Assembly (NCBI RefSeq): GCF_044704955.1
Contig: NC_091986.1
Coordinates: 164,920,001-164,984,000 of the forward strand
Direction of reading: 5' to 3'
Origin: Pristiophorus japonicus
Lineage: Eukaryota
Length of the DNA stretch: 64,000 bases
Below, piece by piece: positions 50,071-62,083 of the stretch. Position 1 is the first letter of the stretch. Each line of letters begins with the position of its first letter. The notes under the pieces are model-generated. The model saw only the letters and a program-made list of their open reading frames with translations. It searched no databases and was not told the DNA's origin. Position numbers and translations under genes: made by a program.

Positions 50071-52311
50071 CAGACCTTAGATGACCCAGAGTCCACCATC
50101 AATCATTAATGCGAGGCAGTTAACACCTTGTTGGTGTTGCGGAGGTGATCATTGGCCCCATCAATGCTGCTTCAAGCACTATGCGTGCAACGATTGCAGA
50201 ACAATGGGACAGCTCCAGCGAATGAGCAGACGAGCTGCAAACCCTGCAAACCACCACGTTGCAGAGGAAGATCGATCCACTGTGGATCAGGCTGAATTGG
50301 AGATTCATACCGAGGAGGCACAAGTGTATGGGATACACACATTCACTACGAAATGTCCACCAATAATGTTGAAAGTTGAACTGAACGGTATTCCAGTATC
50401 TATGGAACTGGACACGGTTGTAAGTCAGTCCATAATGAGTAAAAAGGCCTTCGACAAGCTGTGGGGCCCAAGCTCAGCCCCATTCACACCAAACTAAGGA
50501 CTTACACCAAGGAACTAATCCCTGTAATTGGCAGTGCAGAAGTCAAAGTCTCCTATGACGGAGCAGTACATGAACTCATGCTGTGGATTGTGCTGAAGAT
50601 GGCCCCACGTTGTTTGGCAGAAGCTGGCTGGGAAAATTCCATTGGAACTGGAATGACATCCAAGAGTTTTCGTCTGTCGATGACGCCTCATGTGCCCAGG
50701 TTCTGAGCAAGTTCCCATCGTTGTTCGAGCCAGGCATTGGAAGCTTCTCAGGTGCGAAAGTGCAGATCCATTTAGTTCCCGGTACGCGACCCATCCACCA
50801 CAAGGCACAGGCAGTACCGTACATGATGCGTGAGAAAATGGAAACTGAGCTGGACAGGCTGTAGCGAGAAGGCATCATCTTGCCGGTGGAATGCAACGAG
50901 TGGGCTAGTCCGATTGTCCCGGTACTTAAAGAGGACGGCACGGTTAGAATTTGTGGGGACTATAAAGTAACGATTAACCATTTGTCGCGACAGGACCAGT
51001 ACCTGCTACCCAAGGCAGACGATCTATTCGCGACCCTGGCTGGAGGGAAGACGTTCACCAAGCTGGACCTGACCTCGGCCTACATGATGCAGGAGCTGGA
51101 GAATTCTTCAAAAGGCCTCACCTGCATCAACACGCACAAAGGTCTGTTCATCTATAACCGGTACCCGTTCGGGATTCGGTCGGCCGCGGCAATCTTCCAA
51201 CGGAACATGGAGAGCCTGCTAAAGTCGGTTCCTTGCACCGTGGTTTTCCAGGACGACATACTGGTTACAGGTCGGGATACCATTGAGCACTTGAAGAATC
51301 TGGAAGAGGTTCTTAGTCGGTTGGATCACGTGGAGCTCAGATTGAAATGCTCAACGTGTGTTTTCCTGGCGCAGGAGATCGAGTTCTTGGGAAGAAGAAT
51401 CAGACAGGCATCAGACCCACCGACACCAAGACGGAGGCCATCAAGAACGTTCCTGAGACTCCTTAACTATTTCGGTGATTTCCTACCTGGGTTAAGCACC
51501 CTGCTAGAACCCCTACATGAGCTACTGCGCAAGGGAGATGATTGGGTATGGGGGAATTCACAAGCGGCTGCCTTTAAGAAAGCCAGAAATCTGTTGTGTT
51601 CAAACAAACTGCTTGCCCTGTATAACCCTTGTAAAAGATTAATGCTAGCTTGCGATATATCGTCATACGGGGTTGCGTGTGTGTTACAACAGGCTAACGA
51701 ATCGGGGATCTTGCAACCGGTCGCTTATGCGTCCAGGTGTTTGCCCAAAGCCGAAAGGGCCTACAGCATGATTGAAAAAGAGGCTCTGGCATGTGTTTAC
51801 GGGGTAAAAAAAATGCACCAGTACTTGTTTAGCCTCAAGTTTGAGCTTGAAACTGACCATAGGCTGTTCATATCGCTGTTCTCTGAGAGCAAAGGAATTA
51901 ACACCAATGCCTCTGCCCACATCCAAAGATGGGCGCTCATGCTGTCGGCATACAACTATGTAATCCGCCACAGACCGGGCACAGAGAAATGCGCAGATGC
52001 TCTCAGTCGGCTGCCATTGCCCACCACCGGGGTGGAAATGGCACAGCCAGCGGACTTGCTCAAGGTCATGGAGGCATTCAAGAATGAAAAGTCCCCCGTT
52101 ACGGCCTGCCAGATCAGGACCTGGACCAGCCAAGATACTTTACTGTCCTTGGTAAAAAAGCAGTGTCCTCCATGGGAGCTGGTCCAGTGTCCCAGCTGAG
52201 ATGCAGGAGGTGATTAAGCCGTTCCACAGGTGCAAATACGAAATGTCCCTGCAGACGAAATGTCTGTTGTGAGATAATCGCGCAGTCTTGCCCAAGAAAG
52301 GCAGAGATACG

Positions 52312-55300
52312 TGCCATGTATGTAACCACAATGTAACACCACTGTATTACTGTATACACTCAACCTAGATGCACACCTTGACCACAAGGGGTGCACTTGT
52401 GGGAGACACTCCTTACCTGATTACACAGGTATAAAAAGGGAGGTCCCACGCAGGGTCGTCGTCTTTGGAGTCCTGTGAATAAAGAGTTAAGGTCACAGAG
52501 TGACATTGTCCCCAGAATGTGCCTCATGTGGTTGCATGCTGTAGAGTAATGACTTTACATTGCCAACGAGAAACGGGAATTCACGACCCATGAGAATGGC
52601 CACCGGTAGCACAGAGGAACAGTACTGTGCTGGGGAAGACTGGGACGATTGAGTCGAGAGGCTTCAGCAAAGCTTCATTACGAAAGAATGGCTGGGGGAT
52701 GCAGCGGCCGACAAGCGAAGGGCTCATCTTTTGACCAGCTGCGGACCAAAGACTTATGCGCTCATGAAGGACTTACTATCACCCGAAAAGCCGGCGGACA
52801 AAACCTTTGAAGAACTTAGCAAATTGATCGGGGAGCACCTCAAACTGGCGAGTAGCATACATATGGCCCGACACAGATTCTACACCCACCAATGTCATGA
52901 AGGACAGAGCATACCAGACTTCGTAGCGGATCTCTGGCGTTTTTCCAGCCTCTGTAAGTTCACAGACGCCTGCAGGGGGGAGATGCTAAGGGACTTCTTT
53001 ATCGAGGGCATCGATCATGCGGGAATTTTCCGCAAATTAATTGAGACCAAGGATTTGACCTTGGAAGTGGCGGCGTTGATAGTTCAAAGTTTCATGGCGG
53101 GGGAGGAAGAGACGAAAATAATATACGCGCGCAATTCTGCCTCTAACGCGGCAATGGATCAGGGAGTCAACATCATCAATGCGACTCAAAGCCCCACAGG
53201 CAGGCAGGGGCAGTCCGACATTCCCCAGGCAGCAATAGACCCCAGAGTAGGACTTCAACAGAGACAATGGCAAGCTGAACGGACATTCACGCCATCACAG
53301 TGGACAATGCGGCCCGAGATGGGGCCATTGACACCCACTAATAGGGTACTTAAGACCAATCAAAGGGATAGTCAGCACGGAATGCCTGGCCATAGTCCCT
53401 TTGTTCCCAACAATGGAAACTTTAACTCATGCTGGAGGTGTGAGGGAAAACACTCAGCTAGATCGTGCAGATTTCAACAGTTTGTCTGCAGGTACTGCAA
53501 TCTCATTGGCCACTTAGCTCGAATGTGCAGGAAGTCTGCTACCAGACTAATATATGAGGCAGATGGACCAGAAGAGGGTTCTGTGAGGCAGGATGACTTT
53601 TGGGGCAAATTGATGGACGCCGAGGTTCAGCGGGTCCATGTGGCGAATATTCACAGTTCATACACCAAAACGCCACCAATGATGATGAGGGTTTTATTAA
53701 ACAGTATCCCAGTATGCATGGAGCTGGACACTAGGGCCAGCCAGTCACTCATGGGCGTTCAGCAATTTGAGAAGCTATGGCCACTTCAAGCCAGTAGACC
53801 CAAATTAGCACGTATTGAGACACAAATACGGACTTACACTAAAGAAATCATTCCAGTGCTAGGCAGTGCAATGTTGGCTGTTACACACAATGGGTTAGTG
53901 AATCGGCTGCCGCTCTGGATTGTCCCGGGCAATGGTCCCGCACTGTTGGGGAGGAGCTGGTTAGCAAAGATGAACTGGAAATGGGGGGGGTTGTTCACGT
54001 AATGTCATCTGTGGAGCGAAGTTCGTGCTCACAAGTCCTACAACAATTCGATTCACTATTCCAACCTGGTGTCAGGACTTTCAAAGGCACTAGAGTAGTG
54101 ATACACATCACCCCGGACGCCAGGCCAGTGCACCACAAAGCCAGAGTGGTGCAATATGTGATGCGGGAAAAGATCGAGAGCGAATTGGACCGGCTGTTGA
54201 GAGGGCAGCATCTCGCCTGTTGAATTCAGCGACTGAGCGAGCCCCATCGTTCCCGTCCTAAAAGCGGATGGCTCTGTCAGGATCTGTGGCGACTACAAGA
54301 CCACCATCAATTGGGTGTCCCTACAAGATCAATACCCACTCCCGAAAGCGGAGGACCTCTTCGCCACGCTGGCAGGCGGCAAGTTGTTCACCAAGTTGAA
54401 TCTCACTTCAGCCTATATGACACAGGAACTGGGCGCCGAATCTAAACTACTGGCCACCATCACCACGCACAAGGGACTGTTCGTTTATAACAGTTGCCCA
54501 TTTGGCATTCAATCAGTGGCCGCGATTTTTCAATGAAACATGGAAAGCCTGCTTAAATCCATTCCTGGAACGATCGTATTTCAGGACGACATCCTTATCA
54601 CGGGTCGAGACACCGAGGAACACCTCCACAACCTGGAGGAGGTGCTACGCCAACTGGACTGGGTAGGCCTGCGACTCAAGAAGTCTAAATGTGTGTTCTT
54701 AGCTCCTGAGGTTGAGTTTCTGAGCAGGAGGGTTGCTGCAGATGGGATTCGGCCCACCGAATCCAAAACAGAGGCAATTCGACGAGCACCCAGGTCCTGC
54801 AACACCTCGGAGTTGTGTTCATTCCTGGGACTGTTGAACTATTTCAGGAACTTTCCGCCGAACTTGAGCATGTTGTTGGAGCCGCTACACGGGCTCCTGC
54901 ATAAGGGTTGCGAATGGTTTTGGGGGGGACTGGCAGGAACGGGCTTTTGCTCGGGCGCGAAACCTACTTTGTTCAAACAAGTTGTTGACCCTGTACGACC
55001 CCCGTAAGAAATTGGTTCTGACATGTGATGCACCGTCCTCTGGGGTTGGGTGCATGTTGCAGCAGGGCAATGCTGAGGGTCAACTACTACCTGTGGCTTA
55101 TGCCTCCAGGTCGCTCTCTCAAGCAGAATGGGGATATGGGATGGTCGAGAAGGAAGCGATTGCATGTGTCTATGGTGTAAAAAAAATGCATCAGTACCTC
55201 TTTGGTAGGAAGTTTGAATTAGAGATGGACCACAAGCCATTAACATCCCTGTAGTCAGACAGCAAGGCTATCAATGCCAACGCATTAGCTCGCATACAGC

Positions 55301-57077
55301 AATGGGCTCTCACGCTGGCTGCTTATGACTACTCCATCCGGCACCGGCCCGGCACTGAAAATTGCACTGATGCGCTCAGCAGGCTTCCACTGGCCACCAC
55401 TGAGGGGGCAGCAGAGCAAAGTGTTGAGATGGTCATGGCTGTCGATGCCTTTGACAGCGCAGGCTCCCCCATCACAGCCTGCCAATCAAAATCTGGACAA
55501 ACAGAGATCCCCTCCTATCTCTGATTAAGAAATGTGTCCTGACTGGGAATTCGGCGCCTGCTCACGGAGCATGCCCTGAGGAGGTCAGACCGTTCCACAG
55601 ACAGATGGATGAGCTCTCCATCCAAGCCAATTGCCTACTATGGGGCAGCCGGGTAGTTATGCCCCAGAAGGGCAGGGAGGCATTCATCAGGGAACTCCAC
55701 AGCGAGCACCCAGGCATTGTGCTGATGAAGGCCATTGCCCGGTCACATGTTTGGTGGCCTGAAATTGATTCAGACCTGGAACACTGTGTTCGCAAGTGCA
55801 CGACGTGTGCCCAGCTGGGTAATGCCCCCAGGGAGGCCCCGCTCAGCCCGTGGCCCTGACCCACCAGGTCACGCATTCATGTTGACTATGCGGGCCCATT
55901 CATGGTAAAGATGTTCCTTATTGTGGTAGATGCGTACTCGAAATGGATCGAGTGCATAATTCTGAATTCATGCACATCATCCACTACCGTGGAAAGCCTA
56001 CGTGCGATCTTTGCAACCCATGGTTTGCCGGACATCTTGGTTAGTGATAATGGCCCATGTTTCACAAGCTACGAATTCCGAGAGTTTATGTCGGGCAATG
56101 GCATCAACCACGTCAGGACTGCGCCATTCAAGCCGGCCTCCAATGGCCAGGCGGAACGTGCGGTCCAAATCATTAAGCAGGGTATGCTCAGGATTCAAGG
56201 ACCCTCCCTACAATGCCGCCTATCCCGCCTCCTGCTGGCCTATAGATCCCGACCGCACTCGCCCACGGGGGTCCCGCCCGCAGAGCTACTAATCAAACGG
56301 ACACTCAAAACTCGGTTGTCCCTCATTCACCCAGTCCTGACCAACATAGTTGAGGGCAAGCGCAAGTCACAAAACGAGTACCATGACCATAATTCGAGGG
56401 TGAGATGTATTGAAATAAATGATCCTGTATTCATCCTCAATCACGCCATAGGGCCCAAATGGCTTGAGGCCACTGTAATTGACAAAGAGGGGAATAGAGT
56501 CATCGTGGTAAAACTCAACAAAGGTCAGATATACCGTAAACATCTGGACCAAGTAAAAAAAAGGTTCAGCATCGACACGGAGGAACCTGAAGAAGATCAT
56601 GAGATGGAGCTCACAACACCGCCAGTGAACGAGCAACAAGAGCAATCAGAAGAATGCACAGTCTCTGCGGTCAGCCCGGACAGACCGGAATCACCACAGG
56701 TGACAGACAGTCACGTCAATGTCCAACAACCAGAGCCCCAACTGCGGCACTCCACGAGGGAGCGTAGACCACCTGAAAGACTAAATCTATGATCCCAATA
56801 AGATTTTGGTGGGGGGGGCGGTTAGGTGATGTCATGTATGTAACCACAATGTAACACCACTGTATTACTGTATACACTCAACCTAGATGCACACCTTGAC
56901 CACAAGGGGTGAACTTGTGGGAGACACTCCTTACCTGATTACACAGGTATAAAAAGGGAGGTCCCATGCAGGGTCATCGTCTTTGGAGTCCTGTGAATAA
57001 AGAGTTAAGGTCACAGAGTGACCTTGTCTCCAGAATGTGCCTCGTGTGGTTTCATACTGTAGAGTAAGGACTTTACA
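52312..57077 (+). mobile_element. Full-length Gypsy LTR retrotransposon (family C, related to A), nested in Gypsy A pol
   Basis: 248-bp LTRs at 52312-52559 and 56830-57077 (~10 differences by manual count); TSD ATACG/ATATG; PBS-like TTGCCAACGAG; gag-protease ORF 52731-54002 with CCHC; RT, RNase H, integrase 55902-56792. Confidence 0.96.
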
Positions 57078-58233
57078 ATATGTTTATATGTGAACTGCAC
57101 AGCATCCATCCAGGCATTGTAATGATGAAAGCCATAGCCAGATCTCATGTGTGGTGGCCTGGCATCGACTCAGATTTGGAGTCATGCGTGCGCCAGTGCA
57201 ACACTTGCTCTCAGTTGAGCAATGCACACAGAGAGGCACCGCTAAGTTTGTGGTCGTGGCCCTCCAAACCGTGGTCAAGGATCCACATGGACAATCAGAG
57301 GGCCCATTTCTAGGCAAAATGTTTTTGGTTGTCGTTCACGCTTACTCAAAATGGATTGAATGTGCAATAATGTCTGTAAGCACGTCCACATCCACTATTG
57401 AAAGCCTATGAGCCATGTTTGCCATGCACAGCTTGCCTGATGTCCCAGTCAGCGACAATGGGCCGTGCTTCACCAGTGCTGAATTCAAGGAATTCATGAC
57501 CCGCAATGGGATTAAACACGTCACATCTGCCCCGTTCAAGCTCGCATCCAACGGCCAGGCAGAACGGGCAGTTTATACCATCAAGCAAAGCTTAAAACTT
57601 GTGTCGGAAGTCTCCCTGCAGACCCAGCTGTCCCGAGTGCTGCTCAGCTACCACACCAGATCCCACTCACTCACCAGGGTTCCCCCAGCCAAGCTGCTCA
57701 TGAAAAGGGTGCTAAAAACAAGGCTCTATCTTGTCCACCCTGATCTCCATGATCACGTGGAGGGCAAGCGGCATCAACAAAGTGTGCACCATGACCGCGC
57801 AAATTTGTCATGCGATATTGAGATCAATGATCCTGTGTTTGTGCTCAATTATGGACATGGTCCCAAATGGCTCACTGGCACGGTCACAGCCACAGAGGGG
57901 AGTACGGTGTTTCAGGTCAAATTGGCCAATGGACTAACATACAGAAAACATTTGGACCAAATCAAATTGCGGTTCACCAACAGCTACAAACAACCCGAAG
58001 AAGACACCATCAACTTTGACCCTCCAACAAGTGGCAACTGACATCATGGTTGACCACGAAGCCGAACTCACCATCCCCAGCAGCCCGGCAAGACCGGCTG
58101 CCCAGCAGCCCAGTGAAAAACTAACCAACTCACCCATACCTGCATTTGTACCAAGATGATCGACAAGGGAGCGAAAAGCCCCAGACCATCTCACCTTGTA
58201 AATAAGTGTACTATTGACTTCACGGGGGAGTGA

Positions 58234-58446
58234 TGTTATGTATTTAACCGCTTGCAACCTGTATTACACTACCACCAGAGGGCCTACCTGTTGGAGTCCC
58301 AAGGGATCCCAGCATCCCTTGGGAGCATGGTATATTAGCAGGCCACCCACGAGGTATCTGCACTCTAGAGTCTTATTAAAGGAGCTAAGATCACACTTGC
58401 TCATTGTACACAATACTAAGTTTCATCCTTTATTATGAGTGCACCA
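58234..58446 (+). repeat. 3' LTR, Gypsy A
   Basis: Direct repeat of 45297-45509, followed by TSD GTCTG. Confidence 0.96.
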
Positions 58447-58904
58447 GTCTGTGGCTGTGGTTTCCTGCCAGTCTCAGTCTGCAGCAACTCATGTCGCCTC
58501 TCCGGTGTATCAAGGAGTGCATCTCCCATGGCGGTGTCAGAGAACCGTTGAGTGTGCTGACGAGCTGCCACATCTGCCATCTTCCCCCTCTGAGTAAGAG
58601 CGCGTAGGAAGCGAATATAAGCATGCCTGAAGTGAATACAGATGGTGCCAGTATGTCTGTGGCGCAGTTACAAATGCTGATTACCGCCTGTATGTTACCG
58701 CCCCACTTACCGCCATTTACTGCCTTCAGAGTAGCGTGTAACTGCTGATTTATCGCTGCAATCCCCTCTTCAGGCGGAAAAACTGAATTTCGCGGTTGGT
58801 GGCGGTAATTACCGCCTGGTGGTAAAATCACAGACCAGGTGGTGTCACCACGACGGCACCGAATTTCAACCCGTTAAACTCACATGTGAAATTCACTACC
58901 GTTA

Positions 58905-60092
58905 GGATCGATTAAGTTCCATTTTTTGGAGCTATAAGATTTTTTTTGGAGCTAAATAAATTTAAGACAATTTTGCTGGTTTCGCCAGTGGTGTAACGCC
59001 TTCCTTAAAAAATAAGGGCCGATTTTTTTGAGAACCGTTTTTGTAACGTCACTTGGGGGCAAACCCAACGATAATGCCGTTTTTGCAAGTTTCCCCAATA
59101 GGGATATTTTTAAGGACGGTGCTAAATGTCACTTTTAAAAAGCTTGCCTTACCTAGTCGAATACCATCGAAATCGGCGTTAACGGGACCATCTCGGGAAA
59201 CGGAGCTAAAATTTAAAGCTTTGGGAGGGAACAAAACATGTAATTTATATTTAAAAAACTACTTAAAAATGAGCTGAACGTTTAAGGTTTTAAAAGTTAA
59301 AGGACTACTTTGACTACAAAGCAGCAATTTTAAAAATGTAAATTTTCGGTAATTTTGTTTTATTCTTCAGCCTGTACTGTCAGCCACACTGCACTGCAGC
59401 AATTTCCCTGCCCTCCTCCTCAAAGCAAGCACACTGGCTGTAACTGGCCTCAGTACCCGATCTGGAAGTCAACATCACCACCGGCAACGGGGAAGTAAAG
59501 AGCAACAGACCAAGGAGTCAGTGCGCAGTCCCGACCCGACCTGGGAGACAACATTACCACTGGCAGCGGGGAAATAAAGAGCAGCAGACCAAGGACATGA
59601 AATGACAGGGACATTTCAGTCTCATTTCCAACCGAGGCAAACTTGTTAAAGGGGTTTAGGGGCCATGGTTACAAGAGAGAGAGAGAGAGAGAAACGAGAC
59701 AGAGAGAGATTGAACTCAAAACTATATGTAGTCAGGCCATGTTTATTTTACAGAACAAGTTTCACTAAAAGATGCCTCAATATCCATTCACCAGCATCAA
59801 AGCAGATAATAAGGAATATTTCAGTCAGAGTAATCTCCCCGCCTGTATTTTAACTTTAGAGCCTCAAGTATATGCTGTGTTGGGCATGTGCAGAACGGGC
59901 GTTATTTTTAAGGCGAAAAAATTTAGCTCCATCCTCAAAAACGTGGTATTTTAAGGCTATGCCAAAATTAAAAAAACATTTGGCGAAACTTAGGCCTTAT
60001 TTTTTGGCACTATTTTGGCATAAAAAAGTCGGCCGTTATTCGCAAATCGTGCCAAAAAACGGCGCTATTTTTCAATGTGGGAAGTCTAGCCC
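58905..60092. mobile_element. Probable Harbinger-like non-autonomous element
   Basis: Right end GGGAAGTCTAGCCC (reverse complement GGGCTAGACTTCCC) resembles the TIR of the 14286 MITE; left end uncertain; (GA)n at 59674-59709. Confidence 0.45.
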
Positions 60093-60859
60093 ACAATCCT
60101 TACTGATGATTACATTAGATTATTTTAATTTTTCAATAGCAAGTTACTTTCCTTACAGCAGTAGATATAATTTTTTTGACAGGTAAGTATTTTACAGTGT
60201 GGGAGTGAGCTGCAGTGGCAAGTGGATCAGGTCAGTTAATTCTAACAGCAGACAGGCAGAGGGATAATGATCCTGCACAAATAATACAATGACTATAGCT
60301 GTTATAAATATATATGTGAGATTTTTCATTATAGATATTTCTGGCTGGGTTCTTTTTGAATAAAGATCTCTGGGGCTGTTGCAAAGTTGGTTAATTTTTT
60401 GACTTTGTGTTTGTGATTGATGACTTGCCATATTATAATATTTGATGTTGCATTCACTTATCATGTACACGGATAACATTGTTTTCCAGTTATCTACTGT
60501 TGATTATTATTTGGTAGACATCTTGGACTGGATTTTCCTCCAATTGGTGGTTTAGCTTTGGGCGTGGGACTTCTTCCTGCCCAAGTGACCCGTCTGTTTA
60601 CTCACAACCTTTCCTTGGTGTGGCCGTAATTATAGCTTAGAATGTGGAAACTGCTGGTCATTGGCTTACCGCTGGGAAGAAAGGAAGCCAAGTTGCACTG
60701 CAGGGCTTAAAATGCTGCAGTTGATTAAAAGAACACATGTCTTTTTCTGAAAGGAGGAGCCACAAGTGGAAGAATAACAGAAGGAAGAACAGCATTGGAG
60801 GGGGGTGCAGGTTGGGGCGGGGGGTGGAGAATGGCCCTCGGGTTTACTGATGCACCCGT

Positions 60860-62065
60860 GGATATTCATCTCACTGAAGTGTGGACTAGAAACGATTTAA
60901 TCCTGGGAACTCAGAACAGGAAACTCCATGAAATGGTGACAAAAACATGATGGAGAGAGGTGGGAGAGGCAGTCAGAGCAACCTCCATGATTCCACGCAC
61001 TACCACACAAGAAGAGGTATAATGTAAGTGAAGGCAATATGCTAATACTATAAGAATAATAGAGGCATTGCTCCCTTCATTTGCTAGCTCCGTGTCATTT
61101 ACTGGGTAAAAGAAAACCTGCCCAATTCACAAGCAACTTCTCAAACCAATAATGCATCTTGTTAACTCCATACCACTGCGTATACTCACACTGCTTGCCA
61201 TAAGAGGCGTGTGCTAGTCTTAAAGGAGAGGTGCTGACCGAGAACCAGCATCTTTAAACATTAATCATGGGTTAGCTGCAGACACATGGATAAAGAAAAA
61301 TGTAATTCCCACTTTGATTCCTTTATCACTGTGTTCTATCCTTGTAAAAAAAAAAGTTATTCATAACCAGCAACAAAGAAACACAACTAGAGGAGTACCC
61401 CTCACATTCCAAAGTTTGATTGCACACGAGGAGGAAGTTTTGCAGTTAAGGCACACAGGGGAAAGGCTGTGGGAGATAGGGAAGTAGGAGGTAAATTGCC
61501 AAGAGCAGGTTGGTGAAGGCTGGGCAAGGGAGAGCACAGTTAGGTTTAGTGTTATGTGGAATATCAAAGTATATTAATGGGCATTGATACATGCCACTAT
61601 TTCTTCAAGGTGCCCTGTGATTGTTCACACAGCTAGGAATGTTTTAAAGATTATAATATCCTCGGAGATGGTTTGGAAGAAGAGGAGAACTGATCAGAGG
61701 AGCAGCAGGGCACTTCCGAGCTTCACAACTCCTGCACCATCCTCACCAACTCCATTATGGCATCTTTACATACTCCCAAACACCTATTAACGAGGTATGG
61801 TACAGATGACTTTGGGACTGCAGGTCTTAATGAGACAGTTGGAGGCATGGAGGGAACCAGCCGACAGGAAAGGATTTTTATTTCTCTGTACAATTTGTTG
61901 TTGCTGAAAGCAATTGGCAACAAGTTGCTGCCTTTTTCCTCGCTGTGTGGTGATGGATCTCTTGCTCCTCCTCCCCTCAGGATGTGGGAAGTAGGGCTCT
62001 TCAGCTTCTGGAAGTAGTCATCCTTTCTGCATAGTAACATACATGATGCAGCATGAAGCAAGCTA
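60860..62065. mobile_element. Old Harbinger remnant (Myb/SANT exon on +, possible transposase 3' end on -)
   Basis: + strand WREVGEAVRATSMIPRTTTQ followed by GTAAGT at ~61024; minus strand ~61950-62060 has a CCIM..KG.LPEAEE-like end. Confidence 0.5.
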
Positions 62066-62083
62066 TTAGGATTCTGGATTTAA

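Larger units (their letters stand above)
45297..58446 (+). mobile_element. Full-length Gypsy family A LTR retrotransposon (degenerate)
   Basis: 213-bp LTRs at 45297-45509 and 58234-58446; TSD GTCTG; PBS TGGCAACGAG at ~45512; PPT GGGGGAGTGA; gag 45543-46168 and 50071-50300; protease (ELDT), RT (FQDD), RNase H, integrase 57080-58041. Confidence 0.96.
41550..58873 (+). mobile_element. Full-length PIF/Harbinger DNA transposon (degenerate), ~4.2 kb net, hosting nested retroelements
   Basis: TIRs GGGGCCGGAATTCGGT / ACCGAATTTCAACCCG; TTA on both sides (41547-41549, 58874-58876); convergent transposase and Myb/SANT genes. Confidence 0.88.
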
